A stretch of DNA of 64,000 nucleotides from Microcoleus sp. (GTDB lineage Bacteria > Cyanobacteriota > Cyanobacteriia > Cyanobacteriales > Microcoleaceae), in assembly GCA_042408215.1 (NCBI GenBank), contig JAYFMW010000008.1:96001-160000 (forward strand), given 5' to 3'. The notes below the pieces were generated by a model. The model was not told where the DNA came from and did not search any database. It saw only the letters and a program-made list of their open reading frames with translations. Below, piece by piece: positions 29,701-39,071 of this stretch (position 1 is the stretch's first letter; the number at the start of each line of letters is the position of its first letter). Both the position numbers and the translations under genes were made by a program.

Positions 29701-30368
29701 GCATTTTCAAAGCAAGCGATCGCCTGTTCGATATTTTGAGCCCGATCGCCTTTGGGGCGATCGCTATAAGCATTTCCCAAATTGTTTTGCAACGCCGCCC
29801 ATTCCTGGGGAAAATCTTTGCGGGTAAACACCTGAGCAACAGCTTCGTAACCTGCAATGGCGATTTCTAAATTATTTGCCTTGCTACCGAGAGGAAACCG
29901 CCCAATATTGTGGCTCAAATTGCCGATTTGGGCTGCAATGCGCCGACGCTCGGTCAGATCTGCTGTCGGCAGTACCGTCCTTGCCCACCCACGCAGCAGT
30001 TGCGCGAAGTTCTGGTCTAATTTGTCTACATTCGCGCCCAGGAGCGAATACACCTGTGGCGAATCAGCCGACAGCGCCGCCGCCTGCAATACTTCTGCTA
30101 AAAAAATCAGATATGCTGGCGGGGTTGCTGGTAATTTAGAATTACCCCGAGTGACTTGTAAGGGAGCAATCACTTGACGGAAAAATTTCGCCACCTTGAC
30201 TAAACTTTCTGGTGTCAGTGTCGGCACTTCCAAGTACAGCGTTTGCACCAATTCAGAGTCGATCGACTTTGAGTCTGCACTCAAAATCACATCTGTTCCT
30301 AAGTCCTCTGGATTTTCCAGTAGTGCTCGGAGCATATTAAAATCCATTTCGCGACGCTGTTCGTCCAT
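26727..30368 (-). CDS. TPR-repeat CHAT-domain protein
   Basis: ~40-aa TPR repeats WAxLQNNLGNAY...AIACYQNAL; CHAT motifs FVPHRSLHALP, LSACE, SSLW and PYYWAAF. Confidence 0.92.
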   Translation of the reverse strand: MDEQRREMDFNMLRALLENPEDLGTDVILSADSKSIDSELVQTLYLEVPTLTPESLVKVAKFFRQVIAPLQVTRGNSKLPATPPAYLIFLAEVLQAAALSADSPQVYSLLGANVDKLDQNFAQLLRGWARTVLPTADLTERRRIAAQIGNLSHNIGRFPLGSKANNLEIAIAGYEAVAQVFTRKDFPQEWAALQNNLGNAYSDRPKGDRAQNIEQAIACFENALAFRTPQQYPEQWAMLQNNLGSAYSDRQRGEPVENLEKAIACYQNALRVRTREIFGEEWASTQNNLGRAYSRRLRGDRAENLELAIACYQNALQVYNRQSFPRRWATTENNLANAYCDRLLGNRAENLEYAIYCYHRALQIRTPEAFPLQWATTHGNLGRVLIDRLKGDPVENLESAMACYQNALQVYTRIRFPERWASLQTSLGRVYNRRLKGERAENLEMAIACYQNALLFYNRQKSPDRWAMLCAYLGHALSEHLKGERNRNLKSAIACYQNALQVYTRSIVPERWAMLQTYLGRAFAALTERDNSPHQESAIACYESAGLVYTRETAPHRWALTSFYLGQVYQTQGELLRAYHVFAAAVDTVEFLRCEAVGDSLNLGDRPSIGKLNRAQTWTELYKCLLQVCLKQGATEPQYYARALEYAERYKALNWVELLIKCHLTPRVEMSAAVRGEFEYLQLQIAAERQQQQHSTPDGPGCFPRVVISSGDDSQGFNSGSLLPCSDLTHLNQLWRQFDALIESEVEPIDPFFSLTRKVEPIEFQQIRELLDRNSAAVVWASLGELLVAFVVTAGAEYPAVHLCSPKNALALEGWVQEYLSAYSEQKGRWINHLPDRLTRLASLLEIDRVVSLIPDSCDRLIFVPHRSLHALPLHALPLGDRKRFDRGSGSFRAPWGDRSGWDLSTSSSSDLFQGWSFGDIQPPAAYLIDRFTGGIRYAPSCQLLRLKQIARRGAIDQSRPRLQQLLAVPNFTKDSLYSNIEVANICQYFPGAEVVRQKQATKQNVSSAIAANHPGNLTGKAWELPQRKCAHFACFSLLNLAIPLKSGLGLTEDFLSLEEIFNLDFRQYFLVTLSACEITAGSFAVGGDFVGLSAGLLYAGTSSVVSSLWKLNDVSTLLLIGKFYENLGRFSRLQVGDVAHALNDAQRWLRDLTGDELELLLADFQPQISQMFDRLPQSSRLSAEASLQLIRNRKPHPFANPYYWAAFTATGV

Positions 30369-30609
30369 CGTGATTCCGTTGAACTATTAACCATAGGATT
30401 AGTGCCCCCGTGCAGCCAATTCAATCAATAAATCGGGAAATTTCCATCCCTAATTCTATTTACGCTGCTTTTCGGCCTAAAATCAATGGTAGTTCTGTGT
30501 TGATTTGCGTCCCTCGGCGGTTGAAAATCTACAATAAAGTCGCGATCGAATGACTCAAGTCTGACATTCGATCGCGACTTTTCACAGTGAAGCCAACAAA
30601 AATCCACTG

Positions 30610-30765
30610 ATACCAGTTTTTTATGAGGCCCCGTAGAATCTGATCCCCCCTAACCCCCCTTAATAAGGGGGGAACAAGATTCTGCTCTTTCGTCACACCC
30701 TACTCCCTTATTAAGGGGGATGCGAGGGGGATCGAGATATATGCAACGACCCATTAAATTGGTAT
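30610..30765. mobile_element. MITE-like element, inverted copy of 26441-26616
   Basis: ATACCAGTTTTTTATGAGGC...GCAACGACCCATTAAATTGGTAT. Confidence 0.7.
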
Positions 30766-30773
30766 GAGTAGAA

Positions 30774-32045
30774 TTACTGGACTGTTTGGGAACGCAGAGC
30801 TTTTTCTACTGCTTCTAAAGCTCGATCTACTTCAGCAGCCGTCACAATCAGGGGCGGAACAAACCTCAGCACTTTCGGCCCGGCGGGGACTAACAGCACT
30901 CCGGCTGCGATCGCCGATTTGACGATATCAGCAGATGTGAGTTCAATGTCAGCTTGCAATTCCAAACCGACAATTAAACCCCAGCCCCGCACATCAGCGA
31001 TTAAATTGGGATATTGTGCCGCCAGCTTATGGAGTCCATCTCTCAACTGTTCGCCACGTTGCTGTACATTTTCTAGAATATTTTCCCGTTCCAAAGTTTG
31101 ACAGACACACAAAGCTACAGCACAAGCAAAGGGATTGCCGCCAAAGGTGCTGGCGTGACTTCCGGGTTCAAAGACATCACAGAAAGACTTGCACAGCATA
31201 GCGCCGATCGGGATTCCGCCACCCAATCCCTTAGCAGAAGTAAAGATATCCGGTTCAATGCCGAGGTTTTCGTAGCCCCAATATTTGCCACTGCGTCCCA
31301 TCCCGACTTGCACTTCATCGAGAATTAACAGGATGCCTTTTTCGTCACAAATTTCACGAATTCGTTGGAAGTAAGCGACATCACCGGGGCGAACTCCGCC
31401 TTCCCCTTGCAGCGCTTCCATCATAATTGCAGCTACTTGGCGATCGTCTTTGTCCAGTTCTGCGATCGCAGATTCTAGGGCAGCAATGTCATTGTAAGGC
31501 ACGTAATGAAATCCCGGCACCAACGGGCTAAAACCCTTTTGGTACTTGGGCTGTCCCGTCGCCGTAATTGTGGCCAGAGTCCGCCCGTGGAAACTAGCGT
31601 GGGCCGTGATGATGGTCGGATTAGCGATCTTTAATTTTTCGTGAGCATACTTGCGGGCGAGTTTAATCGCAGCTTCATTGGCTTCCGCGCCGGAGTTGCA
31701 AAAGAAGACGCGATCGGCACAAGAATGGTCTACAAGCCACTTCGCCAGCTCTCCCTGTACGGGTATATAGTAAAGGTTAGAAACGTGGTGTAGCGTCTGA
31801 ATTTGCTGGGTTACAGCCTCAATTAGAGCCGGATGAGCGTGTCCCAGAGTGCAAGTAGCAATGCCAGCGACAAAATCCAAATATTCGCGGCCTTCCGTAT
31901 CCCAAACGCGGCAGCCTTCCCCACGCTCTAGGGCTATATTAAAGCGCCCGTAGGTTGTCATTACATAGTTGTCGAAGCTTTCGGAACTAAACGGGCTGGC
32001 TTCGGCTTGCACTAAGGGTTCTTTTAGTAAGGTTTCTGGACTCAC
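30774..32045 (-). CDS. argD: Acetylornithine aminotransferase
   Basis: FCNSGAEANEAA, FHGRT, DEVQVG, AKGLGGG and HASTFGGNP motifs. Confidence 0.93.
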   Translation of the reverse strand: MSPETLLKEPLVQAEASPFSSESFDNYVMTTYGRFNIALERGEGCRVWDTEGREYLDFVAGIATCTLGHAHPALIEAVTQQIQTLHHVSNLYYIPVQGELAKWLVDHSCADRVFFCNSGAEANEAAIKLARKYAHEKLKIANPTIITAHASFHGRTLATITATGQPKYQKGFSPLVPGFHYVPYNDIAALESAIAELDKDDRQVAAIMMEALQGEGGVRPGDVAYFQRIREICDEKGILLILDEVQVGMGRSGKYWGYENLGIEPDIFTSAKGLGGGIPIGAMLCKSFCDVFEPGSHASTFGGNPFACAVALCVCQTLERENILENVQQRGEQLRDGLHKLAAQYPNLIADVRGWGLIVGLELQADIELTSADIVKSAIAAGVLLVPAGPKVLRFVPPLIVTAAEVDRALEAVEKALRSQTVQ

Positions 32046-32174
32046 GAATTGCTCCTTAACAGATTATATGTAGACCTAGATTGTACGGCAAAAATCCAGT
32101 TTAACGATGCAGGCTGTTCCTTTTGTCATAGAATCGTAACAGTAAAAGCAATTAATCCCCAAACAAATCTACCG

Positions 32175-33452
32175 ATGAGTTATTACATTTCTCCTAACTT
32201 CCTCGATAAAGTTGCGGTGCACGTCACTAAGAACTTTTTAAATTTACCAGGGGTCAGAGTTCCCCTAATTTTAGGAATTCACGGCCGCAAAGGAGAAGGC
32301 AAAACTTTCCAATGCGAACTCGTTTTCCGGCGGATGGGTTTTGAACCCGTGATGATATCTGGCGGCGAATTAGAAAGTCCCGATGCGGGAGATCCTTCGC
32401 GTTTAATTCGCTTGCGCTATCGAGAAGCTGCGGAGCAAATTCGGGTGCGGGGCGAGATGTGCGCGATTTTTATTAACGATTTAGATGCTGGTGCTGGCAG
32501 ATTCGATTCTACCACTCAGTATACCGTTAATACTCAGATGGTGAATGCTACTCTGATGAATATTGCTGACAATCCACATAACGTGCAGTTACCCGGAAGT
32601 TATGACGCTACTCCCTTGCACCGAGTGCCGATTATTGTGACTGGAAATGACTTTGCTACGCTGTACGCGCCTCTGATTCGGGACGGACGGATGGAGAAGT
32701 TTTATTGGGAACCGAGTCGAGATGATAAAATTGGGATTGTCGGCGGAATTTTTGAATCTGACAAATTGTCTAAAGCCGATATTGTGGCCTTAGTCGATCA
32801 TTTTTCAGTCCAGGCGATCGACTTTTTCAGTGCTTTGCGATCGCGCATTTATGACGAACAGATTCGCGAGTTTATTCACAAAATAGGAATCGAGCGAGTT
32901 TCCAAGCGTTTGGTAAATACTCTGGAAGCGCCGCCAGAATTTCAAAACCCGAATTTCAGTCTCGCTCATTTAGTAGAAATGGGCAGTTTGATGGTTGGCC
33001 AACAAAACCGAATTCAAGAAATGCGCTTAGTAGATGAATACAATCAATCGCGGTTGTTTAATGTGAAAAATCCTGCCAATGTTCCGGCTGATATTCCCAC
33101 ACAAAGTCAAGTCAACGACCAGTCCTCGAAATATTATAAAGCTTACGTCGCACCGGTTGCTGAAGTTAGTAAAAGTCAGAGTTCGCGGCTGAATTCCGAG
33201 GTGTTGGAACAAGTGCAGCAACTTTTAGCCCGTGGCTGTAAAATAGGCATGGAATATGCAGATAATCGCAGGTTTAAAACAGGTTCGTGGCAAAGTTGCG
33301 CGACAATTCAAACTGCACAAGAAAAAGAAGTAGTTGCATCTTTGGAAACTTGTTTAGCGGAACACAGCGGCGAATACGTGCGGCTAATTGGCATCGATCC
33401 AAAAGCCAAGCGCAGAATAGTTGAAACCATCATTCAGCGGCCGAATAGTTAA
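32175..33452 (+). CDS. alc: Rubisco activase-like AAA+ protein with C-terminal RbcS-like (SSUL) domain
   Basis: GRKGEGKT, INDLDAG, IRDGRMEKFYW and EYVRLIGIDPKAKRR motifs; ATG at 32175 preferred. Confidence 0.9.
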   Translation: MSYYISPNFLDKVAVHVTKNFLNLPGVRVPLILGIHGRKGEGKTFQCELVFRRMGFEPVMISGGELESPDAGDPSRLIRLRYREAAEQIRVRGEMCAIFINDLDAGAGRFDSTTQYTVNTQMVNATLMNIADNPHNVQLPGSYDATPLHRVPIIVTGNDFATLYAPLIRDGRMEKFYWEPSRDDKIGIVGGIFESDKLSKADIVALVDHFSVQAIDFFSALRSRIYDEQIREFIHKIGIERVSKRLVNTLEAPPEFQNPNFSLAHLVEMGSLMVGQQNRIQEMRLVDEYNQSRLFNVKNPANVPADIPTQSQVNDQSSKYYKAYVAPVAEVSKSQSSRLNSEVLEQVQQLLARGCKIGMEYADNRRFKTGSWQSCATIQTAQEKEVVASLETCLAEHSGEYVRLIGIDPKAKRRIVETIIQRPNS

Positions 33453-33551
33453 TTGTAGTCGTAGTCGATCGATTCTCCTAGGGACAAGGCAATAGCCATT
33501 AGTGTCACCTTAAGACTAAAACCCATAATAACTGTCGCTTTTAGGCGAAGT

Positions 33552-33650
33552 CTAGATCCCCCTAAATCCCCCTTAAGAAGGGGAGTAGGGGGTGACTTTG
33601 AGAAGAATCTTATCCCCCCCTTTTTAAGGGGGGCTAGGGGGGATCTAGAC
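33552..33650. repeat. CCCCCTAAATCCCCCTTAAGAAGGGG palindromic repeat family
   Basis: TCTAGATCCCCC...GGGGGATCTAGA inverted ends. Confidence 0.75.
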
Positions 33651-33756
33651 TTTGATATAAGCAAGAGAGACAGTCAGTTCGTTAAATCAAAAAAATTCCC
33701 CTCTCTCATCTCCTCCTCTGTGCTCTCTGCGCCCTCTGTGGTAAAAAAAATCCGGG

Positions 33757-35130
33757 TTATATAGACATAGAAATAACATACTCTTTCAACACAGAATTCA
33801 AACTAAACAAAGTTATCTTTTCCTGTTCAATTGTATCCAATAAAAACCGACTTCCAAGATATCGCACTGCATTAACTATTTCAGACGGCGAAAACGGTAT
33901 TTTGTTGAAACATTGCGACATAGCAACGGGTTCAGGTTGATTAGCCAGGTGAACCATCACCGCCAACTCTGCCGCAGTCAAACGCCCAAAAGGTTGAGAT
34001 AATTGAAATTGCAACCCTTCATCTAAAATCGGCATTTCGCACTGCAAAAACTCCGAAACTCTGCCCCCAAATAACTCTCGAATCAGGGTTGCAGTCAACT
34101 CCAACCACAGAGGATTTCCTTGATAAATGTCAATCAAAGTTGACCATGTTTCCTCATCGGCTAACCTTTGTTCTCTCAAAATCTCTTTAGCCGCTACTCC
34201 CAAACTTCCCAATACAAAACATCGCACGGGACGATACTCTTTTGATAAGAGAGCAATTTCTCTGGGTTTTTCCCAACTATTCAATATCAAACAACTTTGA
34301 TGACAAACTTCGGCAATTAGTTTAAAAAATAGCTGATAATCTTCATATCCAGTTTTATATTGTCCTGCGAGTTGTCGGCTGCTAAAAAGCATTTGCACGT
34401 CATCGAGGACAATCAGACATCGGTATTTTCGCAGGTAATCGAGGATTTGGGAAATTTTGGTTTCGATGTTTTGGGGAGTTTCTGATGGTTGGGAAAAGAT
34501 TTGCAGCAGGTTGGTGAGGGTTGCGTCTAGGGTTGGGGAAAAGCGGAGGCTGCGATAGATGACGTAATCGAATTGGGTTTTGATTTGGTCAATTAGGCGG
34601 AGGGAGAGGGTTGTTTTGCCGATTCCGCTGATTCCGAGGAGTGCGATGAGGCGTGTGCGATTATCGCGCGTTATCCAGTTTTCGAGGGTGGAGAGTTCGG
34701 AAGTGCGATCGAAAAAGGTGAATATTTCGGGTGCGTCGCCTAAGTCTATGTGGAGTTGTTTAGGACTTTGTTGGGGGTTTTGGGGTTCTGTTGGACTTCT
34801 CGCCCTTTCTTGACAAATATTGACGTTATTAATTTCTACAAAATTCTTGCCTATAGGTGATGAAATATTGTAAATTTTACCACTATCTAATATCGCTCGA
34901 AAGTTTCTTTTAGTAATATCTTCTCCGAATCCCTCAGAGAGTATTTTCCATAATTCCGAACCGATATCCCTGAGATGACCTTCACTTGAGTGAGTTTCTT
35001 CGGCAATTTTTGGATATTTGTGGTTTTGTAATGTCCCTCGCAGTATAGCGTCTTGCAGATAGTCTATATGTTCTCCCGTCTTGGCGAAGATTAGTTCGTC
35101 GGCAAGTTTTAAGACTTCTGCGATTTCCAT
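33757..35130 (-). CDS. wHTH + NB-ARC (STAND) ATPase lacking C-terminal sensor repeats
   Basis: N-terminal HTH (LQDAILRG...GSELWKILS), Walker A GISGIGKTT, Walker B LIVLDD, GNPLWL. Confidence 0.88.
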   Translation of the reverse strand: MEIAEVLKLADELIFAKTGEHIDYLQDAILRGTLQNHKYPKIAEETHSSEGHLRDIGSELWKILSEGFGEDITKRNFRAILDSGKIYNISSPIGKNFVEINNVNICQERARSPTEPQNPQQSPKQLHIDLGDAPEIFTFFDRTSELSTLENWITRDNRTRLIALLGISGIGKTTLSLRLIDQIKTQFDYVIYRSLRFSPTLDATLTNLLQIFSQPSETPQNIETKISQILDYLRKYRCLIVLDDVQMLFSSRQLAGQYKTGYEDYQLFFKLIAEVCHQSCLILNSWEKPREIALLSKEYRPVRCFVLGSLGVAAKEILREQRLADEETWSTLIDIYQGNPLWLELTATLIRELFGGRVSEFLQCEMPILDEGLQFQLSQPFGRLTAAELAVMVHLANQPEPVAMSQCFNKIPFSPSEIVNAVRYLGSRFLLDTIEQEKITLFSLNSVLKEYVISMSI

Positions 35131-35164
35131 AGGTCAGTCGTGTGCTGCGATTTGTCGTATTATA

Positions 35165-35251
35165 TCCGATCTTTCCGACATTTCCGACAAGATTCCGACA
35201 TTTCCGACATTTGCGATCGGGCTACCTGGGAAAAGTCCCGACATTTCCGAT
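35165..35251 (+). promoter_or_regulatory. Phased direct repeats TTTCCGACA in the divergent intergenic region
   Basis: TCCGA cores at 35165, 35174, 35183, 35194, 35203 and 35246; variants at 35212 and 35237. Confidence 0.6.
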
Positions 35252-35327
35252 ATACAAGAGTTACCTTTTGCTAGACAATATATACAAATACTTAATAATT
35301 CTTCATTATTCCTCTAATCGGTCAAGT

Positions 35328-36506
35328 ATGAATACTTATACAGTCATCATGCTAGGGCCACGCGGCTCAGGCAAAACAGTATTTTTAGCCAGTATGTACA
35401 ATCAGTTATGTACGCAGAGAGAAGGAGGCTTTTTTCTGGAGGTTGATAGTGCAGAGAAAAGCAAACAATTACACGATCTTTATACACAAATAGCTTTTGA
35501 AGAAAAGTGGCCGCTTGGAACACGACGCAGCGAAGTCTCAGAATGGACTTTCACTTGTCGCGTACAAACGAAGGATCTGCCTATTTATTCGGCTTGCAAG
35601 TTCACCTATTTAGATTATGCAGGTGGTTTGCTAACTGACCAGACAGACGAAGACGATCCTAAATTCAATGAGCAAGTCAACAAAGCAGATGCTTTACTTG
35701 GCTTGCTGGATGGTCAAAGACTTTGTGCGTTGATGCAAAATGAAAGACTAGGGCAAAAGTGGGCAGTCAACGAGCTACCTAGAATTCTCAGCATCATGCA
35801 AAAGACTGGCAAACCGATCCATTTTATAATCAGCAAGTGGGATATTGTAGAAAAGAAATACACCCTCGAACAGATACGGGATTGTTTGCTGAACGAAATT
35901 CCACATTTTAAAAATTTAGTCTCTACTTATAACAGGGCTGGAAAACCAGTTCGATTAATTCCTGTTAGCGCAGTGGGTAAAGACTTTGTTACTCTGAAAC
36001 CAGATGGTAGTATGGCAAAAAATCTGAGCGTATTGCCCCAACCCTTTCAAGTAGAAATTCCTTTAGCTTGCATCCTGCCCGATTTAATTCAAGCTGATTG
36101 CAAAGAGGCCATAGACAAAATGAGAGAACAAGCTAACCGTCCAATAGAAGTTAAGGCAAATCTACAATGGTGGGAGCAAGTAGGTCAAGTTGTTGGCGGA
36201 GTGCTGAAAGCATCGCAAGACATCCTACCTATCCTAGGGGACTTATTCCTACCTAGAAAATATACAGCCTTCCAAGATGTCGTCTTAAAGATGGTTGAAT
36301 TTGCTAGTGAATATGCGGAAGCACCAGCCAAGCAAAAGCAAGAAGCAGCAGATAAAAGATCCGAAGAGTTAAGCAAGGAACGAGAAGAATTATTTAAGAA
36401 AGTAGAAGATGAAGAAACTGCCTTCAAATATGCTCTTAATTGTTTTCTATCAGTTCAAAATGACCTTATTCGTAACTTCCCCAAATCAGATTTAAGATTA
36501 CCATGA
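35328..36506 (+). CDS. TRAFAC-class GTPase domain protein with helical C-terminus
   Basis: G1 GPRGSGKT, G3 DYAG, G4 SKWD; ATG at 35328 preferred over the extension through the repeats. Confidence 0.8.
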   Translation: MNTYTVIMLGPRGSGKTVFLASMYNQLCTQREGGFFLEVDSAEKSKQLHDLYTQIAFEEKWPLGTRRSEVSEWTFTCRVQTKDLPIYSACKFTYLDYAGGLLTDQTDEDDPKFNEQVNKADALLGLLDGQRLCALMQNERLGQKWAVNELPRILSIMQKTGKPIHFIISKWDIVEKKYTLEQIRDCLLNEIPHFKNLVSTYNRAGKPVRLIPVSAVGKDFVTLKPDGSMAKNLSVLPQPFQVEIPLACILPDLIQADCKEAIDKMREQANRPIEVKANLQWWEQVGQVVGGVLKASQDILPILGDLFLPRKYTAFQDVVLKMVEFASEYAEAPAKQKQEAADKRSEELSKEREELFKKVEDEETAFKYALNCFLSVQNDLIRNFPKSDLRLP

Positions 36507-37942
36507 AAGATATTACAGCTTGGAGTTTTTTAGTTAGTTGTAATCAGTCTCTTGACTACCGAACAGTCGTCGCCCCAAATTTTATGTGTGAGGCTGGTAT
36601 AGCTGGTTTACTTGCTAGAGTAACAGAAGGAGACTTGACCGAAAAAGAAACAGCATTCTACCGAGAAATTCATAACTCTAAAGTCGGAGATATAACTTTA
36701 ATTTTCCGAGTAATAGAGGCCATAGCAGAAGATACTGGCATCTCAGGTAACGGCGTTCTCAAAGACCTTTTCGGTAGAGAAATTTATTTAATAGAAGGCA
36801 TCGCTCTAAAAGGAAAACTGCCAAATATTGTGACGAATGTGAACAATATTGAAGAAGCTCACAAGCGGGTTTTAGGAGATTATCGTAAGTTCTGGGAGGC
36901 TGAGGATTCGGTTTCTGCTGTTGCTTCAAACTCTTTTACATTGCAGAGCCAAGGAGAAGAAACTGGTTTAAAATATATCACACTTAAGCCTTACGTCGCA
37001 GGTAATAAGGTTGCAGCTACTAAGTGGCAGCGCCTGTATCCAGAACCACAACGTTTTGAAGGTGCAATTCACTCTATTGCAATTTTTCCAGATGGAAAAA
37101 ATATTGCTATCCGATATGGCGATCGCAAGATTGTTGTTTGGAATGTGCAGGACAAACAAGAACTCTATTCCTTGTCAAATGTAAGGGGGCTGATAGGAGG
37201 CTATCCCACTCCGATCGCGATCGACCCCACAGGGCATTTCCTTACAACTGCTATGATTGAGGGCATACATCAAAATCAAGTCAAAGTGTGGCACTTGGAT
37301 GCAAAGGAACCTAAAAATATAGGAAGCTTAGGAACGGGTAATACTCATAGAGTTACATCAGTAGCCTTTACCCCCGATAGTAAAACAGTGATTATTGGGA
37401 GTGCTGATGGTAGGATTAAGTTGTTAGATGCCCGATCGGAAGGGCTAGAAATTGGCACACTGTCAAGCCATGCTGGGGAGGTAAAATGTCTGGCGGTTGA
37501 TTTGAATAATTGGCTTCTTGCTAGTGGGAACAGTAAGGGAGAAGTTAGGCTCTGGGATTTAGCAACTCACAAACAAGTTAGACTTATTCAAGAACATTCG
37601 CTGCCTGTTAATTCATTAGCTTTTAGTCCAGACGGTCAAACGCTTTTTAGTGGAAGTGATGACCACAAAATCAAGTTTTGGAATGTAAAAACAGGCGATC
37701 AATCTAATGTTTTGGAATTCGATTATGAAATTACATCAGTAGTTTTTAGCTCAGATGGCAATTTATTTGCAACTGGAGACTACGGCGGTAATATTCAACT
37801 TTGGGATTTCCCAAGTAATAAAGATATTTTTAAGGAGCGCGTACATTCCGCAGCAGTTACTTCAGTAGTTTTCAGTCCCGACGGGCGTACTCTGATTAGT
37901 GGCAGTAAGGATAGTACAATTGCAGTGTGGCAGCAAATATAG
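36503..37942 (+). CDS. Unknown N-terminal domain fused to a WD40 beta-propeller
   Basis: About 7 WD40 repeats (VNSLAFSPDGQTLFSGSDDHKIKFW); ATGA overlap with the GTPase gene. Confidence 0.88.
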   Translation: MKDITAWSFLVSCNQSLDYRTVVAPNFMCEAGIAGLLARVTEGDLTEKETAFYREIHNSKVGDITLIFRVIEAIAEDTGISGNGVLKDLFGREIYLIEGIALKGKLPNIVTNVNNIEEAHKRVLGDYRKFWEAEDSVSAVASNSFTLQSQGEETGLKYITLKPYVAGNKVAATKWQRLYPEPQRFEGAIHSIAIFPDGKNIAIRYGDRKIVVWNVQDKQELYSLSNVRGLIGGYPTPIAIDPTGHFLTTAMIEGIHQNQVKVWHLDAKEPKNIGSLGTGNTHRVTSVAFTPDSKTVIIGSADGRIKLLDARSEGLEIGTLSSHAGEVKCLAVDLNNWLLASGNSKGEVRLWDLATHKQVRLIQEHSLPVNSLAFSPDGQTLFSGSDDHKIKFWNVKTGDQSNVLEFDYEITSVVFSSDGNLFATGDYGGNIQLWDFPSNKDIFKERVHSAAVTSVVFSPDGRTLISGSKDSTIAVWQQI

Positions 37943-37949
37943 ACTGCAC

Positions 37950-38092
37950 TTCATCCTAAAATCACCGCGATCGAACGATCTAAAGAAAAGCAGCATCATC
38001 TCTAGATATTTTGGATTTTGCTCGATGAAGTAAATCAGAGGCGCAGTATCCAATCCCACAACTTGTCCCTGTAACTGATTTATCCATTCCAT
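37950..38092 (-). pseudogene. Truncated PIN/VapC toxin (N-terminal third only)
   Basis: VVGLDTAPLIYFIE motif; homology stops near the WD40 gene end. Confidence 0.75.
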
Positions 38093-38295
38093 GAATCTCT
38101 TTCCCGATCGACATATTCTTGAGCATCAATCCCATGCCAAATTTCCTTACCCAACCCTTCTAATTCTAAAATACTGCGCTTGGGCTTGGGAATCACTCGT
38201 TGACGAATATGTGCAAACAATTCAGAGATGAGTCGCATTTGCTCATCTGGTGCAAGTTTTAAAACCTGAGTCAGTACCGTGCTGTAAGTAGACAT
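38080..38295 (-). CDS. Antitoxin-like small protein paired with the PIN fragment
   Basis: SILELEGLGKEIWHGIDAQEYVDRERDSW motif; overlaps the PIN start. Confidence 0.8.
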   Translation of the reverse strand: MSTYSTVLTQVLKLAPDEQMRLISELFAHIRQRVIPKPKRSILELEGLGKEIWHGIDAQEYVDRERDSWNG

Positions 38296-38412
38296 AGACT
38301 CTGCATTAAGATTTTTGGGCTGATTGTCATTATAGCAATTTAGGAGCTAGGGAAGTGCGCGCCTGCGAAGCTATCCCGTAGGAAATCGCCCTTTTCTTTC
38401 CTAAAGTGCGCC

Positions 38413-38709
38413 CTAATACACTTCACGACGATGAGCGATAATAGTCACAACCACCCGTTTTTGCTCCTCATCAATCTCATAAACAACCCGATAATCTCCA
38501 ACGCGATAGCGATAGTATCCAGCTAAGTCGCCTTTGAGTTGCTTAATATTTGGATGACTGCGAGGGTCAGTTTTCAACATTTCAAAACATCGATCTAGCT
38601 TGCGTTGTAAAGAAGCTGATGCTTCTTCAAAAAACTCCTGAGCATCAAAGCTAAGAACGATTGAATAAAAATTCAGATTTTCATCAGTATTTTCGTTTGA
38701 GTTGCTCAA
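38413..38709 (-). CDS. RelE/ParE-family toxin
   Basis: IKQLKG...YRYRVGDYRVVYEID...IAHRREVY. Confidence 0.9.
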   Translation of the reverse strand: MSNSNENTDENLNFYSIVLSFDAQEFFEEASASLQRKLDRCFEMLKTDPRSHPNIKQLKGDLAGYYRYRVGDYRVVYEIDEEQKRVVVTIIAHRREVY

Positions 38710-38914
38710 CGGTCGTTACCTTACTTGCTGCTACATCAGTTCGGGCTTTATTAAAAGCTTCCAGAAAACCGGGAATTTTCAATAATTCGTTCGTAGCTTC
38801 ATTGCTTTCACGTTCTGCTAAATAAGCTAAAAAATCAGCCACAACGAGCAGCCGTTCAGGAGATAAGCTATCTATCGATTGCTTAAGGTTCTGGCGAAGT
38901 TCTTGAGTTTTCAT
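38684..38914 (-). CDS. Antitoxin of the RelE pair
   Basis: FLAYL..E..EATNELLKIPG motif; overlaps the toxin. Confidence 0.8.
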   Translation of the reverse strand: MKTQELRQNLKQSIDSLSPERLLVVADFLAYLAERESNEATNELLKIPGFLEAFNKARTDVAASKVTTVEQLKRKY

Positions 38915-39071
38915 AGTTCATAGCTATTGAAAATTATTAGAGCTACCGCTTGATTATACCAGATAGTCTGAAATTTCGCTCGTGCGATCGCCTTTTTTCC
39001 CAAAGTACATGAAGCACAGCTATCCGAAAGTGCGACGGAATCGTTTTTAATGCCATCGATCAGCGTTTCGA

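Noticed and set aside
35142..35327. N-terminal extension of the GTPase ORF
   Set aside because: It runs through the TCCGAC repeats and the divergent promoter; the P-loop domain starts right after ATG 35328.
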